Source: an uncultured Clostridia bacterium
Lineage (GTDB): Bacteria; Bacillota; Clostridia; Christensenellales; CAG-917
Direction of reading: 5' to 3'
NCBI GenBank assembly: GCA_934254835.1
Contig: CAKQMI010000001.1
Location: forward strand, 14,588-78,587
DNA length: 64,000 nt
Shown here: one piece after another, positions 50,114 to 58,742 of the stretch
How positions within the stretch are numbered: the first letter of the stretch is position 1
How the letters are laid out: each line of letters opens with the position of its first letter
Notes under the pieces: generated by a model
Database searches by the model: none
Told to the model about the DNA's origin: nothing
The model's input: only the letters and a program-made list of their open reading frames with translations
Program-made: the position numbers and the translations under genes

Positions 50114-50806
50114 ATGAAAAATAAAAACAAATCCAAAAACAGACAATCCAAAAATAAACAGTTTGCGGTCATAGGTCTTGGAAGATTCGGCTCCACCGTC
50201 GCCAAAACCTTGTTTGAAAAAGGCGAGGAAGTGCTTGCCGTCGATATCAGGGAAGAAATTATCACCGAGGCGCACGAATACACCACCCACGCCGTCGTCG
50301 CCGACGTCACCGATGAGCGTACCTTGCGCGCGCTCGGCATCGAAAACTTTGACGTCGTCATCATCGGCATTGCCAGCGACTTGGAAGCAAGCGTCTTGTG
50401 CACCCTCACTTGCAAGGAAATCGGCGTCAAAAAGGTCATCGCAAAGGCGGAAAACCTTAAACATAAGCTCGTGTTGGAGCGCGTCGGCGCGGACGAGGTC
50501 GTCATTCCCGAAATGGAAATGGGCGAAAAAATGGGCGCACGCCTTTCCAACCCATTGCTCCACGACATTATGACAATCAGCAGTAAATACAGCATCATCG
50601 AGATGGAACTGCCGTCCAGCTGGGCGGGAAGCTCGCTCATCTCTCTCGATATCCGCAAAAAGTACGACGTCAACGTTTTGGCGGTCGAGCGCGACAACGA
50701 CGTCATTCTCAACTTCGCCGCCGACGAACCCCTCCTCGAGGGCGATACCTTGCTTGTCGGGGGGAGTAGGGAGATGCTTGACCTTCTGCAAAACCAATAC
50801 AACTAA
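50114..50806 (+). CDS. ktrA: Potassium uptake protein, TrkA/KtrA (RCK) subunit
   Basis: 230 aa with the Rossmann motif FAVIGLGRFG and an RCK_C region. Confidence 0.9.
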   Translation: MKNKNKSKNRQSKNKQFAVIGLGRFGSTVAKTLFEKGEEVLAVDIREEIITEAHEYTTHAVVADVTDERTLRALGIENFDVVIIGIASDLEASVLCTLTCKEIGVKKVIAKAENLKHKLVLERVGADEVVIPEMEMGEKMGARLSNPLLHDIMTISSKYSIIEMELPSSWAGSSLISLDIRKKYDVNVLAVERDNDVILNFAADEPLLEGDTLLVGGSREMLDLLQNQYN

Positions 50807-50811
50807 AACGT

Positions 50812-50936
50812 AAAACGGCGATAATTTGCGATATTCTGCTTTTTCGGCGGAACCTGAAAAATCGTGTACGGTCAGTACACTGGATTTTTCAGAACCCGCC
50901 GAGAAAAACACAATCTCATCAAATTCTCGCCGTTTT
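50812..50936 (+). repeat. 125-bp three-tier hairpin unit, copy F1
   Basis: Starts 6 nt after the ktrA stop. The outer arms are identical to E1. The apical hairpin is CTGAAAAATC-GTGTAC-GGTCA-GTACAC-TGGATTTTTCAG. Confidence 0.9.
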
Positions 50937-50968
50937 GAATTTTGAGACATTCTGCCGTCGAAAGATTA

Positions 50969-51080
50969 TGTCATTCTGAGGAGCGTAGCGACGCGAGAAT
51001 CCCCTGGGAAGGCACCATATCATACTGACGTTTATGCGGTTTCGTTCCCACGAGATTCCCACGCTACGCTCGGAATGACA
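50969..51080. repeat. 112-bp palindromic element of the GTCATTCTGAGG family
   Basis: Homolog of 38395-38506 with the same loop sequence ATATCATACTG.C.TTTATG. Confidence 0.85.
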
Positions 51081-51206
51081 GAAAAGAGCGTTAAGCCACG
51101 CTACGCTCGGAAAGACAACAAGTGCGTCGCACGCAAGGAACACGCTTTCATTACAACCACTTTGGATAGGTACATTCCACTGTCATTCTGAGGCATCGCC
51201 CATTAT

Positions 51207-51377
51207 GGGGCCCCCGCGGGATACTATGTACTCGCGGGGAAAAGGAGCAAACGAGCATAAGACAAACAAACAAACAAAATGAGTTTGTTAGGTCAAAAGT
51301 GAGATTTGCGACGCGTACACTAGGATTTTCAGAACTCCGAAAGAAACGTCAAAAATCCATCAAATTCTCGCCGTTTT
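51207..51377 (+). repeat. 171-nt conserved module, copy F2
   Basis: Homolog of 38081-38250. Confidence 0.85.
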
Positions 51378-51482
51378 GGGAACATATAATTCTGCTGTTT
51401 TGAGCATCATTTCATTAAATTCTTGCCGTTTTAGATATGTTAGTTTACGTCATTCCGAGTGTAGAGTGACGTTTTTCTTTTC

Positions 51483-51600
51483 TGTCATTCTGAGGAGCCC
51501 CAACGGGGCTCCGTGAGAATCTCGTGGGAACGAAACCGCATAAACGTCAGTATGATATGGTGCCTTCCCAGGGGATTCCCACGCTACGCTCGGAATGACA
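51483..51600. repeat. 118-bp palindromic element, central part inverted relative to 50969-51080
   Basis: The loop GCATAAACGTCAGTATGATAT is the reverse complement of the loop in the 50969 copy. One arm carries an extra GC hairpin, AGCCCCAACGGGGCT. Confidence 0.85.
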
Positions 51601-51793
51601 ACAAGTGCGTCGCACGCAGATAACCTCATTATTCAAAAAAACTTCACAAAAAAACCGTATTCATAAGCAAAAAATAACAGGTAGTCACGAATACCCATAC
51701 ACGCTTATTTTTCAGAAACAAAAAACGGCTGTTAATCTATATAGCAAGAGTGTCCCCTTGACAGTCGAAAAAAAAGGAACGACTTGTGAGCAA

Positions 51794-51820
51794 AGAAAAA
51801 CGCACCGTCGAAACGGTGCG
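51794..51820 (-). terminator. Intrinsic terminator after rpsR
   Basis: Stem CGCACCGT / ACGGTGCG with a tetraloop, followed on the minus strand by TTTTTCTTT. Confidence 0.75.
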
Positions 51821-51837
51821 TTGTTTGTTGGTTGAAA

Positions 51838-52089
51838 TTAGTCTGCTTTGTAGGGGAGCAGAGCCATCACGCGGGCGCGTTTGATTGCGTCGGACAAGAA
51901 GCGTTGATGTTTCGCGCAGACGCCGGTCATACGACGGGGCATCATCTTGCCTTTTTCGGTGATGTATTTGCGAAGTTTTGCGACGTCTTTGTAGTCGATT
52001 TCGGTTGCTTTATCGACGCAGAATTGGCAAACCTTCTTTTTGGGAATTCTCTTACCGCCCTGAACGGGGCGTTTTACTTCTTCACTCAT
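51838..52089 (-). CDS. rpsR: 30S ribosomal protein S18
   Basis: 83 aa with [15 protein letters not shown] and [12 protein letters not shown]. Confidence 0.95.
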   Translation of the reverse strand: MSEEVKRPVQGGKRIPKKKVCQFCVDKATEIDYKDVAKLRKYITEKGKMMPRRMTGVCAKHQRFLSDAIKRARVMALLPYKAD

Positions 52090-52133
52090 TTTAATATACC
52101 TCTTAATTATTAAGCCCGAAACGGGGGCGTAGG

Positions 52134-52523
52134 TTAGAAGGGCAGATTTTCGTCAACGGCTTTGAGGTCGTCAAAGACGCCGTCGTTGGCGGTTGCTTCG
52201 TCATCGGCTTTTGTGCTGAGGAATTGAACCTCGTCGGCGACGATTTCGGTGATATATCTGCGACTTCCGTCGGGAGCGTCGTAACTGCGGGTTTGAACTG
52301 ATCCGGATACGGCGGCTTTGCTTCCTTTTTTCAAGTATTTGTTGCAATGTTCGGCTTGTGTTCTCCACACGACAACGGGAAGGAAGTCGGTTTCTCTGAC
52401 GCCATCGCGGTTGGAGAAACTGCGGGACACGGCGAGCGTGAACTTGCAAACGGGAATGCCCGAGCCTGTGTTGGTGAGTTCGGGATTCTTGGTTAAGTTA
52501 CCGATTAAAAATACTTTGTTCAT
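52134..52523 (-). CDS. ssb: Single-stranded DNA-binding protein
   Basis: 129 aa starting [16 protein letters not shown], with an OB fold and an acidic tip ending in DENLPF. Confidence 0.95.
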   Translation of the reverse strand: MNKVFLIGNLTKNPELTNTGSGIPVCKFTLAVSRSFSNRDGVRETDFLPVVVWRTQAEHCNKYLKKGSKAAVSGSVQTRSYDAPDGSRRYITEIVADEVQFLSTKADDEATANDGVFDDLKAVDENLPF

Positions 52524-52542
52524 AAATAAACCCCTTATGCGA

Positions 52543-52824
52543 TTATTTGCGGATAATCATCTGACGTACGATAGCGTCGGTGATTTTCATCTGACGATCG
52601 ATTTCGGCGGGAGCGGTTGCGTCTGCCGTAAAGTTCATCAAGACGTAGTAGCCTTCGTTCTTATCGTTGATGGGATAAGCGTATTTGCGGGTACCCCACT
52701 TGTCAATGCCGTCGACGGCTCCGCCGAGTTTCACGACGAGATCCGAAAATCTGTCGACGAGAGCAGTCTTGTCTTCTTCCGAAACGTCATTGTCGATGAT
52801 GTAAAGGATTTCATACTTGTTCAT
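52543..52824 (-). CDS. rpsF: 30S ribosomal protein S6
   Basis: The start MNKYEILYII is at 52824 after AGGAGGT. The ORF-track start at 52902 is too far upstream. Confidence 0.93.
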   Translation of the reverse strand: MNKYEILYIIDNDVSEEDKTALVDRFSDLVVKLGGAVDGIDKWGTRKYAYPINDKNEGYYVLMNFTADATAPAEIDRQMKITDAIVRQMIIRK

Positions 52825-52952
52825 CTTTTTATACCTCCTTGTGGACTTTGTGGCCTGCGTAAACAGGCAAGGAAAATTCGTCGATAATATATCAACGTGC
52901 ACTTATTATAATTAATTTATTTGGTTATGTAAAGCAAAAAACCGCTAAAAAG

Positions 52953-53513
52953 TCAGGAATTCAGCGATTTTTTCAGGGATTTTCGTATTTTTTGAAGGGT
53001 GTTGTCTACTTTTTTTGTGGAAACGGAAAGGGAAGTCGCGATTTCCTTATAAGAATTTCCGTTGAGATAGGCGTCAAAGATTTTCTTTTCCTCGTCCGAC
53101 AAAATCTTGTCGATTTCTTGAAGCAACAGTTTTTCGCGCTCGTCTTCGATATAAAGCGTTTCGGGATTGTTATACGGCGTTTCGACCTCGTCCAAAGGCA
53201 CGCTGTCCAAAAGCGCGCGGTTTTTCACGCTGGTCGATTCCCTTATCAAATCGTAAATACGGCGTCTGACGCAAAGATAGGCAAACGTCTTGAAACTTGC
53301 GCCCGCCGATTCGTCAAAACTCATGATGGCGTTGTACAGCGCAAGAGTGCCTTCCTGCATCAAATCATCGTTGTCGCCAAAGGGCAAAAAGAAACGACGG
53401 ACAGCCTTGTTGACCGTGGATTTGTGACGGCGCAAAAGTTCGTTGACACAAGACGTGTCGCCCGATTTTGAAAGAGCGACAAGCTCCTCGTCGCAAAGAG
53501 AATCGTAGTTCAT
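52953..53513 (-). CDS. sigH: RNA polymerase sigma factor, SigH-like (sigma-70 family)
   Basis: 186 aa with region 2 DLMQEGTLALYNAI..FKTFAYLCVRRRI and region 4 KKVDNTLQKIRKSL. It follows mrnC-rlmB as in B. subtilis. Confidence 0.7.
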   Translation of the reverse strand: MNYDSLCDEELVALSKSGDTSCVNELLRRHKSTVNKAVRRFFLPFGDNDDLMQEGTLALYNAIMSFDESAGASFKTFAYLCVRRRIYDLIRESTSVKNRALLDSVPLDEVETPYNNPETLYIEDEREKLLLQEIDKILSDEEKKIFDAYLNGNSYKEIATSLSVSTKKVDNTLQKIRKSLKKSLNS

Positions 53514-54235
53514 TTTCTGTCCTGTCTGACCTTTTCGTAAATAACGATTGCGGCGGCGACCGAGGCGTTCAGACTGTTGATTTTTCCGCTCATCGGAATG
53601 GATACGACGCCGTCGGCAAGCTCCTTGGAAAGTCGTTTGACACCGCTGTCTTCACCGCCGACAAGAAGCGCGACCGCCCCTGTGAGATTTGCACGATACA
53701 TAGGTTCACCGTCCATATCTGCACAATAAACATACACATTTTGCGATTTCAGATAATTTATCGCGTCGTTGACGTTGGTGACTTTTGCGATTTTTACGTG
53801 CTCGGCGGCACCTGCCGAACATCTTAAAACGGTGTCGTTGACGGTGACACCGCGGTGCTTTCCGATGACTATGCCGTGCACGCCCGCGCACTCCGCCGTA
53901 CGAATGACGCTTCCCAAATTATGAGGGTCCGAAAGTTCGTCCAAAATGACGATGAAAGGGGGCTCGTTTTTGGATTTTGCGAAGTCCAAAATATCGTCCA
54001 GCGACGAATAAATAAACTCCGTCTGCGTCAGTGCGACGCCCTGATGTTTGGCGTTTTGGGTGATGCGGTCGAGCGCGGTTTTGTCGACAAACGTCACGAT
54101 GATTTTCTTTTCTCTGGCAAGCGCGACGATGTTTTTGACGACGCCCGTCGTTTCGCCTTTTTGGACGTAAAGTTTTTCGACGGTTGCGTCCGAGCGCAAC
54201 GCTTCGTACACTGCGTTTTTTCCCGAAATTAACAT
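53510..54235 (-). CDS. rlmB: 23S rRNA (guanosine-2'-O)-methyltransferase RlmB (SpoU/TrmH family)
   Basis: 241 aa with SpoU motifs DPHNLGSVIRTAECAG, LLVGGEDSG and INSLNASVAAAI. Confidence 0.88.
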   Translation of the reverse strand: MLISGKNAVYEALRSDATVEKLYVQKGETTGVVKNIVALAREKKIIVTFVDKTALDRITQNAKHQGVALTQTEFIYSSLDDILDFAKSKNEPPFIVILDELSDPHNLGSVIRTAECAGVHGIVIGKHRGVTVNDTVLRCSAGAAEHVKIAKVTNVNDAINYLKSQNVYVYCADMDGEPMYRANLTGAVALLVGGEDSGVKRLSKELADGVVSIPMSGKINSLNASVAAAIVIYEKVRQDRK

Positions 54236-54244
54236 AAAATCTCC

Positions 54245-54646
54245 TTATTCGATTGAGAGTAACTCATTCAGGCGGTCGTGTTGTCCGGTGAGGTAAAGGT
54301 AGCCGAGAAGAGCCTCGAACCCGCTCGCCTTTTTATAGTCGCCTATGCTTGCGTTTTTTGCCGACGACGAATAATGTGCGTTTCTGGCGCGCTTGAACAC
54401 GGCGACCTCGTCGGGGGTAAGGACGGGCAAAAGATTTTCGATTTTGTCGGCTTGCGCCTCCGCCTTGATTTCTTCGGTTGCGAGTTTGTGGAGTGCGCCC
54501 GACTTTTTGTCGGACGAGATTGCAAGCCGAGTTCTGACGTAAAGTTGTTGCACCGAGTCGCCGACAAACGCCAAGACAAGCGGATTCATTTCGTCCGCTT
54601 CGGCTTTTGTGATTATCGTCGAAAGAAGTGGAATTGTGTCTTGCAT
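54245..54646 (-). CDS. mrnC: Mini-ribonuclease 3
   Basis: 133 aa with the RNase III signature LAFVGDSV and FEALLGYLYL. Confidence 0.88.
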   Translation of the reverse strand: MQDTIPLLSTIITKAEADEMNPLVLAFVGDSVQQLYVRTRLAISSDKKSGALHKLATEEIKAEAQADKIENLLPVLTPDEVAVFKRARNAHYSSSAKNASIGDYKKASGFEALLGYLYLTGQHDRLNELLSIE

Positions 54647-54730
54647 ATCACCGATTATATCATATTAAGGTTGCTTTAACAAGAAAAAATCATATTGACC
54701 TTTCAATAAGTTTAGTATAAAATATAAACT

Positions 54731-57220
54731 ATGAAACGCGAAAGATTTTTGAAAATTACGATAATTACCGCTCTTATCGCCTTGCTTACGGCGGTTCTTT
54801 GCGGATGCTCGCTGATTGGCGGATTGCTGGGCTCGAAGACGAGCTTTGAACTCTTGGAGTCCGAGATAACCCTAAAAATCGGCGACAATTACGAGGTCGA
54901 ACTTAAAAACGGCAACAAGGAAGAGTTTAAGCTGTCCTCGTCGGACGAAACAAAGGTTGAAGTTTTCGGAAAAACGGGGATAAAAGCCGTCGGCAAAACC
55001 ACGACTCCCGTCACCGTCACTGCAACCAACAACAACGGCGACACGGCGAAACTCAAAGTCACCGTCAATTACGCCGACGTCAAAAGCGTATCGATAAAAG
55101 CGGACAATCAGTATCAACTGTTGAAGAAGGGAGAAAGCCCAAATCTCGTCACGCTCACCGCGAAACTTAACGACGGTGCCGATCCGAATACCGAAATCAA
55201 GTGGACTTTCACCGACGCCGAAGAAAACGTCATCAGAGAAACAGCGGGCAATCCCGTTGTATTCACCCCGGAAAAGGACAAACGATACTTTGTCACGGCA
55301 GAGGCGGGCGGGGAAACCGCAAGCACCGACGTTATCGCGTGCGAGGGCATGATTGCCTACCTTGACAAATACCATATCGGGACGAAAGAAAAAATCCGTG
55401 TCCACGCACTGTATTTCGACACCTCTTATGTTGGGAAAAAAGTAGGCGTATACATCTCTGACAGCAGTGACAACTTAATTTATGCCGAGGAGCTCAAACC
55501 AACGCGCGAAAACGATCTCGGGATAGTCAATGCTCTCCTAAACAAAACTTTTGAGACGGGCGAATATACCTTGAAAATCACGGCGGGCTCCGACTCCAAA
55601 ATTCTGGCGTTCACCGTCAAAGACTATATCTCGGCAAACCATATAAACGTGGAGGTAAACGGAGCACTTGACCAGACAAATCCCTCGGCGGTCAAGTTCA
55701 CCGCAACTCTTTCGCCCGAAAACGCCGACGTCTCAAGCGTAAAATGGTACGTCAACGGCGAGTATAAGAGCAAGGGCAAAACGCTCAGCGTCACTCCGTC
55801 CCAAAAAGGCGAGTATCACGTCACGGCGGAAATCAACAAAATCACCAAAACCCGCACGATAGTTTATCTTCCCGCGGGCGACGAGGCAAGAGAGTATGCC
55901 GAGCACTTCCACGACTACGGCGGATATCCGCAAAACAGATATATCACCTCGAAAGAGGAGTTGAAAAACCTTATTCTGCACGTTTTGGAGAACCAAATAA
56001 AAGGACAAATCAAATTTTATGCAGGGTACTCAACCGTTGACAAAGTGAAAAGCGATATCGAAGAGGTCGAGAGACAGGTTGAAGAATCGGGATATACCCG
56101 CAAAAAACCGCCATATTCAAACGGCAATGTTATTACTATTGAATTTTTGTTTTATATAGGCGATATTATAACGGAACCGATAGTTAATTCGCCCACAATG
56201 GACGCTCCCGATATTGTGCAAAATACCAAGCAAAACACATATTCCGAGCCTCATTATAACAGCACGCCAAAGTCGAGGAATTTTTATATCGACACCGTTT
56301 CCGACGAAATGGAAGTCCGCACCAGCAATATGCTTTATAAAGCGGTGTCGTGGGGATATAAACCCAAATTTGTCGGCGAACACGCAAGCGAACTGCAACA
56401 AATTTATAAGAACGCAAAAGACGCGCTTTCTTGTATCGTGTCCGACGAAATGACCGAGTACGAAAAAGTGCACGCCATTTACGACTACATAATCTACAAC
56501 GTCCGCTATGACCACGACTGCGCCTCTGCTGACGAAGGAATAGACATCAACGTAAAGATGACGTATTACGGCTACTATCTCGAAGGCATTTTCCTCGATA
56601 AGTTTTATAACAAAGATATGCACGCCGTGTGCGACGGAAAGTCGAAAGCGTTTGTCTTAATGTGCGGTATTGAGGGCATAACCTCTGTGCGTATTACAGG
56701 AGAGGCGTCAAGCGACGGCGTCAACTTCAGCGGACACGCCTGGAACAAAGTTTTACTGGACCTTCAGGGCAACGGCGAAAAGGAATGGTACTTTGTCGAT
56801 ACGACTTGGGGCGACGTCAGATTTGGCGGTCCGGACGAATATCTTTCGCACGCCTACTTCCTGTTGAACGACGCGCAAACAAGCGCCACTCACAGAGAAA
56901 AGGAAAATCACGACTATCCGAAAGCCGAGGGCAACTTCGATTATTACGCCTACGAAACCTTTAACTTTGGCACGGCGGAATACAACTACAAACTGATAAG
57001 CGCGACCACCGCGTCAAATCAAATTGCAAATGCATTAAAAGCGCACCCGACACAGCAAGTTTTCGAGTTTGAATTTGCGTTTTCCGTCGACCAGGCGACG
57101 GCGGGAGATTACGCTAGTAAAGCGATGGAAAAGGCAAAACGCTACGGGCGATACAGCACCGCGCTCATTCGTTCAAACGTATTGATTATTATGTTCGAGC
57201 CCGCCCTGCAAGTAGCGTAA
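54731..57220 (+). CDS. Lipoprotein with Ig-like (Big_2-type) repeats and a transglutaminase-like cysteine protease core
   Basis: 829 aa with lipobox LCGC. The Cys-His-Asp core candidates are AVCDGKSKAF, GHAWNKV and FVDTTWG. Confidence 0.7.
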   Translation: MKRERFLKITIITALIALLTAVLCGCSLIGGLLGSKTSFELLESEITLKIGDNYEVELKNGNKEEFKLSSSDETKVEVFGKTGIKAVGKTTTPVTVTATNNNGDTAKLKVTVNYADVKSVSIKADNQYQLLKKGESPNLVTLTAKLNDGADPNTEIKWTFTDAEENVIRETAGNPVVFTPEKDKRYFVTAEAGGETASTDVIACEGMIAYLDKYHIGTKEKIRVHALYFDTSYVGKKVGVYISDSSDNLIYAEELKPTRENDLGIVNALLNKTFETGEYTLKITAGSDSKILAFTVKDYISANHINVEVNGALDQTNPSAVKFTATLSPENADVSSVKWYVNGEYKSKGKTLSVTPSQKGEYHVTAEINKITKTRTIVYLPAGDEAREYAEHFHDYGGYPQNRYITSKEELKNLILHVLENQIKGQIKFYAGYSTVDKVKSDIEEVERQVEESGYTRKKPPYSNGNVITIEFLFYIGDIITEPIVNSPTMDAPDIVQNTKQNTYSEPHYNSTPKSRNFYIDTVSDEMEVRTSNMLYKAVSWGYKPKFVGEHASELQQIYKNAKDALSCIVSDEMTEYEKVHAIYDYIIYNVRYDHDCASADEGIDINVKMTYYGYYLEGIFLDKFYNKDMHAVCDGKSKAFVLMCGIEGITSVRITGEASSDGVNFSGHAWNKVLLDLQGNGEKEWYFVDTTWGDVRFGGPDEYLSHAYFLLNDAQTSATHREKENHDYPKAEGNFDYYAYETFNFGTAEYNYKLISATTASNQIANALKAHPTQQVFEFEFAFSVDQATAGDYASKAMEKAKRYGRYSTALIRSNVLIIMFEPALQVA

Positions 57221-57482
57221 ATAACAGTTCAACAATACAAAAACCAACGATAAAACCTGCGATTTGGTAAAAACGAATGTTTCCACCGCAGGTTTTTTCA
57301 AAGGCAAAAAACAGCAAAACAAGCGTCGCCACCGAAAATACCACGTCGGACAAAGTGACAAAAAACCTCTTTTTCACAACCCGTCTTAAAGCGCGCAAAA
57401 CAGAGTAAAGAAGAGACGACGCCATACCGCACAAAACGAGCGTCAAAAAGACGAAACTTTCGGACAGAATAAGTCGCGTCAT
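57189..57482 (-). CDS. yabQ: Spore cortex biosynthesis protein YabQ
   Basis: 97 aa, three TM helices, with a 4-nt overlap with yabP. Confidence 0.7.
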   Translation of the reverse strand: MTRLILSESFVFLTLVLCGMASSLLYSVLRALRRVVKKRFFVTLSDVVFSVATLVLLFFAFEKTCGGNIRFYQIAGFIVGFCIVELLFTLLAGRART

Positions 57483-57739
57483 CTGAACAATTTTTTGATA
57501 AGTCCCGCTTTCGTCAGCGTTTCCGAAAACTTGATTTCTTTCACTTTGCCCGTTGCCGACAGTCTGCCCGACTCAAGGTTGATTTCGGTGACGGACAGTC
57601 CGTCGCCCATTATTGTCAGCGTTTCTTTGTTTTGCACAAGCACGATTGATTTGTCGCAGGAAGTGATGACTTTTGTGACAGCAGTGACCGTCAGGCGGTC
57701 GTTTTCAAGCGCAAGCGCTCCTCTTTTTTCGTTTTCCAT
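57479..57739 (-). CDS. yabP: Sporulation protein YabP
   Basis: 86 aa with the YabP-like pattern LENDRLTVTAVTKVITSCDKSIVL..LTIMGDGLSVTEINLESGRL. Confidence 0.8.
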   Translation of the reverse strand: MENEKRGALALENDRLTVTAVTKVITSCDKSIVLVQNKETLTIMGDGLSVTEINLESGRLSATGKVKEIKFSETLTKAGLIKKLFR

Positions 57740-57838
57740 AAAAACAATGTATGCATTGAGTTTTCATAAATTGACAAACTCTTCTTCCTTGATTATAATA
57801 ATTCTATTATTAAGTTAAGTTGGCAATCAGAGGAGAGA

Positions 57839-58729
57839 ATGTTATTTGGAGTCATCGACATCGGAAGTACGTCGGTCAGGCTTATGGTCACCGACGGCGC
57901 GCGTGTCGAAAAAAGGGTGAACACGACGCGTCTTGCCGAAAACATGGACGTGATGAATACCTTGCAACCCATCAGTATCGAGCGAACGGCTCAGGCGGTT
58001 GCGGAGTATTATTTTGTCGCGATGCAAAACGGTGCGGAGGACGTGTACGCCTATGCGACCGAAGCGGTGCGCTCGGCGAAAAACAAATATAGATTGGTGG
58101 ACAGAGTGCGCGAACTTTGCGGGCTCGAAATCGACGTTTTGGACAAAAAAACGGAAGCCGAGATAGGCTTTTTGGGCGCAAGCACGGCGGGACGTTGCTG
58201 TGTCATCGATATGGGCGGTGCCAGCACCGAGATATCCGTCGGCGACGGCGAAAACATTTTGTATTCCAAAAGTATCCCTTACGGCATAGTCCGTCTGTCG
58301 GCAATCGAGCGCGAAAAAATCGAGATGACGCCGTTCATCAACGACTGTCTTATGGGCTACGGCGAAATTCCCGCGTTTGACAGCGTGGTGGCAATCGGCG
58401 GTACGATATCGACAATGTCGGCAATCCAAAACCAACTTGTCAAATACGATCCGAACGTCGTCAACGGGAGCGTCCTGACGCTTTCGGACATCGAAAATAT
58501 GTATGCAAAAATCAACGCCATGACCATGGAGGAACGACGCCACGTCAAGGGGCTTCCCGAAAAGCGCGCGGATATCATCGCCCCCGGCATTTTGATGTAT
58601 TCGCTTATTCTGAAGTATCTCGGCGCGGACGCTTTGACGGTCAGCGAGGGCGACGGCGCCGAAGGCTACCTCATCAAACTCGGCTTGCTCCCCCGCGGTT
58701 TTCAGGCGGTTTATTCAAAGATAATTTAA
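57839..58729 (+). CDS. Ppx/GppA-family phosphatase
   Basis: 296 aa with N-terminal VIDIGSTSVRL (ASKHA fold) and DMGGAST. Confidence 0.8.
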   Translation: MLFGVIDIGSTSVRLMVTDGARVEKRVNTTRLAENMDVMNTLQPISIERTAQAVAEYYFVAMQNGAEDVYAYATEAVRSAKNKYRLVDRVRELCGLEIDVLDKKTEAEIGFLGASTAGRCCVIDMGGASTEISVGDGENILYSKSIPYGIVRLSAIEREKIEMTPFINDCLMGYGEIPAFDSVVAIGGTISTMSAIQNQLVKYDPNVVNGSVLTLSDIENMYAKINAMTMEERRHVKGLPEKRADIIAPGILMYSLILKYLGADALTVSEGDGAEGYLIKLGLLPRGFQAVYSKII

Positions 58730-58742
58730 TTGAAGGATATTT

